Source: Eledone cirrhosa (Eukaryota). From it: a stretch of DNA of 64,000 bases. The position numbers and the translations under genes are program-made. Location: positions 252,960,001-253,024,000 of the forward strand of contig OZ024740.1 of the NCBI GenBank assembly GCA_964016885.1. Reading direction: 5' to 3'. The stretch's first letter is position 1. Every line of letters begins with the position of its first letter. This document shows, piece by piece, positions 53,290 to 64,000 of the stretch. The notes under the pieces are model-generated. The model was not told the origin of the DNA. It searched no databases and saw nothing but the letters and a program-made list of their open reading frames with translations.

Positions 53290-54232
53290 TACACACACAG
53301 AAATGTATATATATTTCTGTGTGTATATATATATATATATTACACACACAGAAATGTATATATATATACACACAGAAATATATATACATCCCTTAGCTAC
53401 TGTACTGTATCTGTTGCTATCTATCTCTCTCCAGCTATCCCTCTCTTTTAGTCTGTCTGTTTCTCTCACTCTCACTCTTTCTCTTTGTAACACACTAACA
53501 TTCCTCTCCTCTATCGCTGTGACGAATGGGGAGATGGAGGAGGAGGAGGAGAGAGTCACTTCGTCACTTCACCTCTGCCTTTCTTTCTCTCCCCTCTCAC
53601 TCCCTTATTACGTACAGACATTAGGGCGATGGATTGGCAGAATCTGTAGAGAGTTGGACACCATGCTTCATAACATGGAGTTACGTCCCTTTACGGTCTG
53701 AGTTCAAATACCGCCGAGGTTAACTTTGCCTTTCATCCTCACGGGGTCGATAAAATAAAGTACCAGTAATGTACTGGATATTTGCTGGCCTTGTGCCAAA
53801 AGTAGAAACAATTATTAGAAACATTGCTTCATTTTTACATATCTAAGCATTAGTAAAATAACTAATAATTTCAAAAGTAATTTTTCAATTCCAATTGTTA
53901 TGAACAGCAAAACATTAATAATAATTTTGTTCTAAGAAATATATATACATTTCTGTGTGTGTAATATATATATATATACACACAGAAATATATATACATG
54001 TCTGTGTGTGTAATATATATATATATACACACACAGAAATATATATATATACACACAGAAATATATATACATTTCTGTGTGTGTAATATATATATATATA
54101 TATATATACACACAGAAATATATATATATATACACACAGAAATATATATACATTTCTGTGTGTGTAATATATATATATATACATTTCTGTGTGTGTAATA
54201 TATATATATATATATACACACACAGAAATATA
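53101..54232. repeat. Two arrays of a self-complementary minisatellite (53101-53390, 53935-54232) with an S1 SINE (about 53625-53817) between them
   Basis: Unit cacacagaaat-(at)n-atttctgtgtg. Confidence 0.85.
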
Positions 54233-54242
54233 TGGGCATTTC

Positions 54243-54288
<46 letters not shown>

Positions 54289-54777
54289 CTTCCCTAAAAC
54301 TCAAATGTAGGTGCTACAGAAATATTACCTTCCCCTTCCTTTCTCCACTTTGGTACTACCAAGAGAAACACTGTCGCTATAGAAACATTACCTTCCCCTC
54401 TCCACTGACTTTGGTCACTGAGGCCGAGGGAATCGCTGGTTGCTATAGAGACACCTTGCACAAGCCAGAAGTAACCAGTTCGAGGCGGTTCTGACTTGAC
54501 ACCATGCCAAGGACCATTTGAAGATATATTTCCATCGTTATATCATAACGTTTATATTTCCGTCACTAATCTCTTTTTCTCCTTTTTCGTTTTAACATAT
54601 ATTTATTTCAAAGATTTCACCGTATAGATAACATATATATTTATACATGCATAAAAGACACACCGAGAGACGGTGAACATGTGGTGCCGAAAACATTTCT
54701 CATCCAAATCTCAACAATATCAGTATATACACTAGATTTGCTAGCAGAAAACCGCCCACCGGGTGGTTTTCTGCTAG

Positions 54778-55683
54778 TCTATATATCTAAAACAGAGAAT
54801 GTCTGTCTGACTCCCTAAAACTCGAGAACCACCCAACCAATTTTTTTCAAACTTTACACATGTAATACTTATGGTCCTGTGAGTGTTGTTTTGAGCAAAA
54901 AATATTTCAAATTTCCAATGCCCTAGGGACTGCATTAGGCGCCGGTTAGCGATCTCTCTCTATCTTTCTTAGTCTATCTTTTTAGATAGATACATAGCTA
55001 TAACGTCACGCCCTTTTAATATCTGTCTGTATGTCTGTATGTCTGCATCACGACATTATGACACTATCTGTGTATGTATATATATGTATATATAGTGTGT
55101 GTGTATATATATATAGTGTTTAACGTTTTTCGAAATATTTACTTCTGTGTTCACAGATTGATTGTTTTAGTTTCAGAAGATCCCGTTAAAGTTGAAAGCA
55201 GTGATTCTTCGCTTAAACTTTAATCTGTTATTTTAATATATATATATATAATTATATATTCGTGTACAGATATTTTTGCATTCACAATAACAAAATATAA
55301 ACAAACGTATTTATTTCATGAGGCTCATAAATATATATCAAATATATAAGAACCCTAGAGCAAATATTGTTCTCATTGCTGACGAGGCAGAAGGGGATAT
55401 ACACGATTGGCTGAAGAAGGATGAGACTGTGTTAGTAGTATGACCAACAGCTGCTATCACACCAACAGCAGCAAAAACAACAACAAAAAAGAGAGGGGAC
55501 GCAATTACATGCTTTTGAAAAATCTTAATGGAAAATTATTTGCCTATTCACCCAAGACGGCTTCACTTTTTATTAGGACTTCTGCATCAATTGGTGAACA
55601 TATGACGAAACTGTTTCAGAAAGGAGGGATAAACATGCCAATCTATGTTTCGAATCCCGAGCAATGCTGGGCCATTCTGCTAG
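54778..55683 (+). mobile_element. Non-autonomous Helitron-type element
   Basis: Same termini as 9675-10968 and 13607-14383. Confidence 0.85.
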
Positions 55684-55699
55684 ACATACTTAAAATTGA

Positions 55700-57776
55700 C
55701 AATTATGTTTATGTTTCCTGATCTAATCATTGCTTTTTCAAGCAAACATTGATGTGTGATTAATCCTGATGGCTTCTGCTACGTCTGTGGCTCCTTCACA
55801 CTTATTCGTCAATGGCGTAATCTAACATTGTCTGCGAGACAAGCTTATAAAGCATACTTCAGAATTCCCCTTGGTGACCAAGACAAAAAATGGGTCCCTC
55901 CTATTGTATGTAATATCTGTGATGAAAGGCTTCATGACTGGACAAAAGGAAAATGGAAAGGTGTCTTTTGGAGTTCCTTTGGTGTGGCAAGAGCCCAGGG
56001 AGCACACAACTGACTGTTATTTTTGTCTGGTCAAAACAGTGGGTATTGGTATGAAAAACAGGCATAAAACCTTTTATCCTAATATTCTATCAGTAATCTA
56101 TTATGCACAATTCTATTATGCACTCCTGATTCCAACTTTTCATCTGAAGATGAAAGAAGTGAACAACATCATGATGATGGTAATAAGATTGAAGAAATAA
56201 GTTCAGAATTCAAAGACCCCTCTTATACCTAAGAGTCAACTCCAACCAGAACTAAATAATTTAGTACATGATCTGGGTCTGGGGCTCTCCAAGAATGCAG
56301 CTGAAAAGTATTAGCATCCAGGCTGCAAGAAAAACATCTACTTAACCAAACTGCGAAATTTTCCTATTTTCATAAGCGGGACCAGATTTTTGTGTTGTAT
56401 TTTTCAGAAGAGAAACATTTTGTTTTCTGCCATAATATTCCAGGTCTTCTCCAGGTATTAGACATTCCATCTTTCAATCCAACTGAGTGGCAATTATTTC
56501 TAACGTGTGTTCTCCTGCACAATGGCAATGTTTATGGAGCTGTTCCAGTTGGTCACTCAGTGCATTCATGAGAAGAATATAATGACATAAAAATGGTTAT
56601 TGACCTACTAAAATATTATGAACACAACTGGATCATTTGTGTAGACTTGGAAATGGTCATTTTCCTCCTCTGTTAACAGAAAGGTTTCATAAAGTATCCT
56701 TGCTATCTCTGCATGTGGGACAGCCGAGCTCATACTGGAGAAATACTGGATCCAGAAGGAGTGGCCCATCTGTGAGACTCTAGAAGCAGGCATGCCAAAT
56801 ATTGTTAATGATCCAATCATCTGTCGAGATACAATTGTTTTCCCACCACTCCATATCAAGCTGGGTTCAATGAAGCAGTTCACAAAAGCATTGAATACTG
56901 ATGGTGAATGTTTTCAACATAGTCTCTGCATTCTCTGCTTTGTCCTTCAAGAAGATTAAAGCAGCTGTGTTTGATGAAGAATTTATTGGAAAGATGAATG
57001 ACAAGGAAAGGGCAGCATGGCTGTCATTCGTGGCAGTTATACAAAATTTCCTTGATAACAGAAAAGCAGATTACTATGAAATTCTTGTAGTTAACATCTT
57101 GGGAGTAAAATGAGTGTCAAACTCCATTTGCTGCATAGTCCCCTTGATCAATTTCCTGAGAATCTCGAGGCTGTTAGTGATGAGCATGGAGAACGCTTCT
57201 GTCAAGACATCAGAACCATGGAAGAGCAGTACCAAGGCAGTCTACTATTGGAGCATTAAGCAAGATTGCCCTGGGAAAAAGTCCACAAATGCGGGAGCTA
57301 CAAGTGCAAATTCTTGCCTGAATAAGATCTATTTTTATTTTGCCTTCAATACTATTGTTTCTGACCTAGCTGCCTATTAATTGTATAAAATGTATGTTTT
57401 CCTCTGAAAAACAGTACACTCGCTTATGTTACGTTTCTGTATTGGCAAATAGTAACATTTATCGGAATATTAAATATTATTTTTATAGCCTAATTCTTAT
57501 TGTGGTGTACTAACTAGTATTTATAAATAGATCTAGAACCTCAAAGCAAAGATATTTGTTTTTCACCTATTATGAAGATGGTATCACCATAAAATGTTCA
57601 GATGGATTGCATCATCATACAAAAAACATTCAAATTTCAGAAAATATAAAAAAAGGTTAATTGCAAAAAATTTGGAGCTATCAGAGGAAAACTAACTTCA
57701 TATTTGAATTCAGCACACTTAAATTGGGTTACATCAAGTCTCAGTATCAATTCACCAAAAATGTGCTTGACCAGTG
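55700..57776 (+). mobile_element. Chapaev3-like (CMC) DNA transposon, decayed transposase and right end
   Basis: NPDGFCYVCG..GDQDKKW, WQEPREHTTDCYFC, PPLHIKLG, AVSDEHGERF. End ttgaccagtg|taa. Confidence 0.8.
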
Positions 57777-58949
57777 TAAGTTATAATACTGATAGATAAA
57801 AAGAAGGAAAGTAAATTTGACTGTCACAGAAGACAACAGAAATTCATGAGAAAAGAAAACTGTTTTGATAGCAAACCATCTGAAATCACTATTGCTACTA
57901 AGATATGTATAATTGATTAAACAATAGTTATATATATATCATGGAAGTAAATGAAGCACAAATGTGTTGACCTTCTTGTGGTGGACTCTGGAAATTGATC
58001 GCTGATCTCAGTCAGGCAAATCACAACAACCTGGCACCAACTCATACTCAAGAAGTTTAAACAATGACACTTATTTGAAAAAATTGGAATTTTGAACTAT
58101 GTGCATCCCAACACAAAGGACCATAGTAATAAGTCGACAACTATAAATAATAGTTGGGAAAATCAAGTAAAATATCCCTGGAGATGGAAAAAGTAAACAA
58201 AGGCACTCCTAAGGAGTTGAACCCCATATCTCTCAGATGTTAAGTGAATTTATTAATCACTACACTAAAAAGCCACTGGCTGCAGCCCCGTCAGCCCCCC
58301 TCTGTTTTACTATATTTTATTATAGTCCTTTGCGTTTTGGTTTCAAATCCTACCATAGTTAACTTTGCCTTTCATTCTTCTGTGGTCAATGAAATGAAGT
58401 ACAAGTCAAGTACTGGGGTCAATTTAATTGACTTTCTCTCTCACTTCCAAATTGCTGGCCTTGTGCCTAAATTAGAAACGAATATTAGAAAGGAAACTAC
58501 CTTCTGTGTTCAAATCTCGCTAAAGTCAACTTTGCCTTTCATCTTTCTGATGTCAATAAAATAATGAGGTCAATTTAATTGACACCCCCCCTCCCTACAA
58601 ATTGCTGGCCTTGTTCCTAAATTAGAAAAGAAAGTAATACAAATACTGTTTGCTAAATCTAAATATTATTTATATTTTATTTTAGTTCAAACTTCACTAA
58701 AACCTGCCCACATACCTATAGCGATAATTTGATGGCGGTGTTGGTAGTTGATTGTGTTGTGGTGTTGATTCGTTTGTTGCGTGTGTGCTCACTTGTAGCT
58801 TGCTGTGTCGAGTGGTCACTGTTGTATGACCAGAGGTTGCATGTGTGCAGGTAAGTGAGTAAGTGTTCGATAAGATGATGATGATATGATAGTTCTTCGA
58901 TCATGCAGAAAATGAATGCATATAAATGAACACTGATAACACCAAACCA

Positions 58950-59133
58950 TTGATTAGCAGTATCGGTAGAGGGTCGGACGCCATGCTTTCCAGCATAGTT
59001 ACGTCCCTTTACGATCTGAGTTCAAATCCCGCCGAGGTTGACTTTGCCTTTCATCCTTACGGGGTCGATAAAATAAAGTACCAGTAATGCACTGGGTAAT
59101 TGCTGGCCTTGTGCCTAAAGTAGAAACAATTAT
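58950..59133 (+). mobile_element. S1 SINE
   Basis: Nearly identical to 4384-4577. Confidence 0.9.
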
Positions 59134-59559
59134 ATTATTAATTTATTGAAAATACCTCACGCTGAAGCTATACGAAAAATACACAATAACTATGGACGTT
59201 ATTTGTTTGTTTGTAAAAGGAGAATTAAATTGTATTTACCAAGAAAACTTCATGAACTTCACTGGCTTGGTTGAGAGAGAAACCAAGAGATTGAGTGAAA
59301 GAGTGAGAGAGTAAGAGAAAATAAGTCTGTAAGACCCCAAGGGGTCTGTAGAAAACAACAGACTACATGTTTTACTCTATCAAGAACCGCTCCGAACTGC
59401 TGCCTGTGCTGGTCTAAGGCAGGCTATTTATCTATGTCGCTTCCTCTGTCTCCAAGACTTGAGAGTAAAGGGCTGACATTTTGAGGTCATCCAATCTCAG
59501 TCCTGCAGACGCCCGAAAGGAGATAACTCAGAAAATGACTGTTATATGTCACCCAGGGG

Positions 59560-59920
59560 TCAACCAGCTTCATCTGTCTGTCATTCCTGCATAGTTAGTT
59601 TCTCATATGATCACTCCATTGAAATGTGTACTGATGGTACTCTCTCTACCTTACCCTCTTTATCAACTCTGGAGTGCCTCGGAGGTAGATTTTGTCCCCA
59701 CACTATCAAATTCTGGGGTGTGCCAGGGTTAAATTTTCTACTCTAGACTCTTCCTTCTTTATATCAATGATCTACTAGCTGTCACTTCCAATAACACCTA
59801 CCCTTATTCAGATGACACCCCCTCCTTCATTCTTTCATAATCTTCCATATTAAGCCTCATCCACATACAATCTCAACACTTTATTCCAAGCCTCTACTGC
59901 TTATTTCAAGGAAACATCAT
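59560..59920 (+). pseudogene. Highly decayed non-LTR RT fragment (CR1/Jockey-like)
   Basis: INSGVP...LFLLYINDL..YSDD. Confidence 0.6.
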
Positions 59921-59982
59921 CATACATCACCCACCCTAAACCTTTTGTGATCCTTTTTATTAATTATTTCATTACTAAGATA

Positions 59983-60167
59983 ATTGTTTCTACTTTTGGC
60001 ACAAGGCCAGCAATTTTCCAGTGCATTACTGGTACTTTATTTTATCGACCCTGTAAGAATGAAAGGCAAAGTTAACCTCGGCAGGATTTGAACTCAGAAT
60101 ATAAAGAGACGTAACTCTATGCTGCGAAGCAAGGTGTCCGACGCTCCACCGATTCTGCCAATCCACC
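59983..60167 (-). mobile_element. S1 SINE
   Basis: Reverse complement of the S1 sequence. Confidence 0.85.
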
Positions 60168-60347
60168 ATAATAACTTAACATATGGTTCTTATATAAAAC
60201 TGAGCGAGAAGATTTTAATTTAAATAGAAACCCTGTATTCCAAATAATTAGTGAAGAATTTTGAGGGATTTACTAAAATTATTAATTATTTCATTACTAA
60301 GGTACTTAATCTGTCACTGAGGACTACGTAATATTCCAAAACAGATA

Positions 60348-61333
60348 AGGGCGGTTGATTGGCAGAATCGTTATATTTAGTTCCAATTGTCTACATTCTG
60401 GTCTCAAATCCTGCAGGAGTCAACTTTGCCTTTCTTCCTTCTGAGGTTGAGAAAATAAAATACCAGTAATAATGCTTGGGCTAAGTGACTTTCACTTTTT
60501 TTAAAGAAAAATTGTTGACACTGTGCCAAATTTAGAAACTAAGGGCGGTGGAATGGCAGAATCGTTAGAGCGTCGAACAAAATGTTTTGTAGCTTTTAAT
60601 TACGTCCCTTTACGTTGTGAGTTCAAATCCCGCCGGAGTTAAATTTACCTTTCATCCTTCTGGGATTGATAAAATAAAGTACTAATGAAGTACTGGGGTC
60701 GATATAATCGATTTCCCCTTTTCTACTAAAGATAGTTGTTCTTGTACCATTAGAAACCATTATTGTTGGCAGCATCAGTAGAGCGTCAGACACCATGCTT
60801 TACAGCATAGAGTTATGGCCCTTTACGTTCTGAGTTCAAATCCCACCGAGGTTAAGTTTGCCTTTCATCCTTACGGGGTCGATAAAATAAAGTACCAGTA
60901 ATGCTCTGGAATAATTGCTGGCCTTGTGCCAAAAGTAGAAACAATTATTGTTGGTGGATTGGCAGAATCGGTAGAGAGTCGGACGCCATGCTTTGACGCA
61001 TAGAGTTACACCCCTTGCCATTCTGAGTTCAAATCGCGCCAAGGTTAACTGTGCCTTTCATCCTTACGGGGTCGATAAAATAAAGTACCATTAATGTACT
61101 GATAATTGCTGGCCTTGTGCCAAAAGTAGAAACAATTATTGTTAGGTGGATTGGCAGTATCGGTAGAGGGTCGGACGCCATGCTTTGACGCATAGAGTTA
61201 CACCCCTTGCCATTCTGAGTTCAAATCCCGTCGAGGATAACTTTGCCTTTCATCCTTACGGGGTCGATAAAATAAAGTACCAGTAATACACTGAAATAAT
61301 TGCTAGCCTTGTGCCCAAAGTAGAAACAATTAT
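60348..61333 (+). mobile_element. Head-to-tail array of five S1-type SINEs
   Basis: Units start at about 60348, 60542, 60765, 60950 and 61143. Confidence 0.9.
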
Positions 61334-62019
61334 TGTTAGCCAGACAAACTCAAGACGTTATTATGTCTTTTGTGATTTATATATTTGTTTTCTTTTCTTC
61401 TAAAACTGAAGAGAGATTCTCAGAATATGACAATACACGGTGATAGCGAACCGACCAATGTATGTATGTACCCGTAACTCCTGAAGGGGCGCCGTTTCTA
61501 TGGAATTTTTAAACGTGACGGAGCCCATCCCTCCAGGTCTGACTACAGATAGAGAGTGAGAGAAAGGAAGTGAGAAAGAGATATAGAGGAAGAATTGACT
61601 TTACTGATCCTCTTTTTGTCGATCTCAAATGGATATACGGCAAAGTTGACCAACCAATAAGTGAGCAGAAAAGATATAAAGGGGAATAACTTTGATGGGT
61701 TTACTTGCCATTCCATATTTCCATATCTCACGCCTCTGTTTTAAAAGCATTTAAACGAGTAAGATTTCAGTTACTGGTTGAAGCTATTCCACATAAGATG
61801 TTAAATCCAACAATTGTAAAGAATGAACGTCACAACATTTTATTTTTCTCAAAATAAGAATTTAAAATAATCACTATACATTTTGCCTGTTTTCTACTAC
61901 TACTACATCACCATTTTCTTCTTCCACATATTCCTGGGCGTGTGAACAGTCCTCAAACACTCCTTTCAACGGGTCCTGTCAGAAGCCTCAAGCGAGATCA
62001 GCCAATGTCATGGATGTTA

Positions 62020-62360
62020 TCCAATCATTTTGCTTTGGGTTGTCTGCTGGTTGGTTTTGCCCGTAAAATCTGTCCAGCGATTCTTTCCTGATACATTCTA
62101 ACCACATGTCCGCAATATTGGAGCTGTAGTCTCTCAATTCGGAGAAGTAGCGGCTCTATCTGGAGTGACAGCTCTGATCTCCGAGTATGCACTCTATCGA
62201 TTAATGTTATTCCAAAGACCCTTCGAGGAAACCCCATTTCGCCTGCTTTGTTCGCGATCGTATTCTTTCCGTCATTACTCAAGATTCACGTCTATGTAAA
62301 AGTTGGCACGAATACCGTATTGAAGGTAGCGAGTTTGGTCTTTACACCTACCACCATTCT
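62020..62360 (-). mobile_element. RTE C-terminal fragment
   Basis: IEPLLLRIERLQLQYCGHVVRM. Confidence 0.7.
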
Positions 62361-63216
62361 TCTGATAACTGAATGCTGAAGCTGGAGTTTTTTCTGGAAA
62401 TAAGAATTAAAATCGTCGCTATACATTTTGCCTGTTTACATCATAATACATGCATATGTGTGTGTATATATGTGGGTGTTTTGTTGTGTGATGGTAATAA
62501 CAAGTTAATTATTTACCAGTAACACCGGTTTGAGTAAACTCTCGTTGCTATGACATCTGAGAGCAATTAACCAATGAAACTATTCATTTTTGAATCTACC
62601 GGATACTTTGAATTAAACACAGCATTATGATCCATCGCTGACGATATTTTAATTGTTTCAAACGTTACATACTTTGTTATTTCATCGGTAAGCTACTTGA
62701 ATTTGTTAATTACATGAATATTCAGTTTTCTGAGCTGTTAACGTTACATTTGTCATTTGTCCGTATTTTGGTGGTGTATTTTTATATACATATAAAATTC
62801 AATCACTAACAATGCCTGGCTTGTGTGGGCATGTTTCCAGTTCTCTGTATTCGTTGTGGTAGAGAATCTAAAACGGCAAGGTTTAGATTCCCTGCTAAGG
62901 AAGGAATATTGGGGGGGGGGGGGGGGTAATTCAAACTGGGATATAAAAGTGCACATGGTGTATATATCAAATGATATACCAATATACCCAACTATAGTAT
63001 ACATGGAATACCAATATATACAACTATATATATAACAAATAAAGTGGGGTAAGGAACCAGGTGGACCATAACGCACCAGAGTACTCGATACTTAGGATAA
63101 TAGAGTGACAGATCTAACGCTAGTTATGTCTGGAGGTCGAAAGTGAAACTGTTAAGCGGTGAATTAAGCATAAAAGCTTAACTTTTGAAAATTACTTTCA
63201 CTTCTAACAGAAAATT

Positions 63217-63924
63217 ATGCCTGGAGGTCGACCTGCTACTGCGCCAAAATATATTGTTCCACCAGATGAAGTAATGAATAGCACTCAAATTTTGGCTGAG
63301 AAATATAATATAACCAAACTTGCAAGAGATGTAACTGATACTTGGAGCTGTATACAGTGGTGTGCACGTAGACGGCTTTTACGCAATACTTTGATTTGTG
63401 ACTCCTGTAATGTTGAATGCTTCCTAATTAATAGAGGTGATATATCTGATGGCAAAACATGGTATTGTCGTCATAAGACATCAATTTGTCAAGGCAGTTG
63501 GTTCAATCAGTCATTTATCCTTCTACCAAATTGTCCTTATGACATACTGCTGGTCACGTTTTTGTCACAGCAAGATATTATATGGGAGGTTGATTGGTGT
63601 AATTTTTGTCGTGAGGCATGTGAGATGTGGCTTGAGCAAAACCCCCAACAAATAGGTGGGATTAATGAGAATGGAGAACCAATGACGGTGGAAGTGGATG
63701 AAACTAAATTTGTTCATCGAAAATATCAAGAGGGTCATTGGTTGTATGGGGGGATTGAGCGAGAGACAGGAAAATGCTTTTTAATTCCAGTTGAAAACCG
63801 CACCGAGTCAACTCTACGTGAATTAACATTGCAATGGATTCTTCCAGAGAGTCACATAGCTATTTGTATGAATTTATTTGGCGAAATACTGTTCGTGCTG
63901 ATAATACTTTTGCAGCATTTTTAA
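63217..63924 (+). pseudogene. Merlin (IS1595/ISXO2-like) transposase, decayed
   Basis: C..C finger, DWCNFCRE.C, IGG..TVEVDETKF..RKY..WLYGGIERETGKCFLIPVENR..TL. Small deletions and a premature end. Confidence 0.85.
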
Positions 63925-64000
63925 TTGTTATCAGTAATTTGTTTTAGAATATCTGTTATTTTGTAGTTACGAGGTAATCAAATCAACCAGTTACTATTAT

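Overview
AT-rich eukaryotic genomic DNA made almost entirely of nested transposable elements and microsatellites. The SINE families look like those of coleoid cephalopods, most likely Octopus (recognition from memory, not a database result). I found no supportable host protein-coding gene. The window holds two Ty3/Gypsy proviruses with LTRs, PBS, PPT and 4-bp TSDs (26944-32660 minus; 38211-42252 plus) and a third LTR remnant with an inverted LTR copy. It also holds many decayed RTE, CR1-group and L1/Tx1 LINE pieces, several tRNA-SINE families including a tandem array, at least five non-autonomous Helitron-type elements, hAT, Chapaev3-like and Merlin transposase relics, and Penelope-like (PLE) GIY-YIG fragments. 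The most striking signal is a set of five foldback (palindromic) cassettes from four sequence-unrelated families. All share one layout: (TA)n - inverted arm - sense arm carrying a minimal hammerhead-ribozyme motif (altered core in one family) - short unpaired tail - (TA)n. Each cassette therefore carries the motif on both strands. One cassette still contains a GIY-YIG C-terminus, which ties them to PLE retrotransposition. Coordinates were read by eye and may be off by a few bases.
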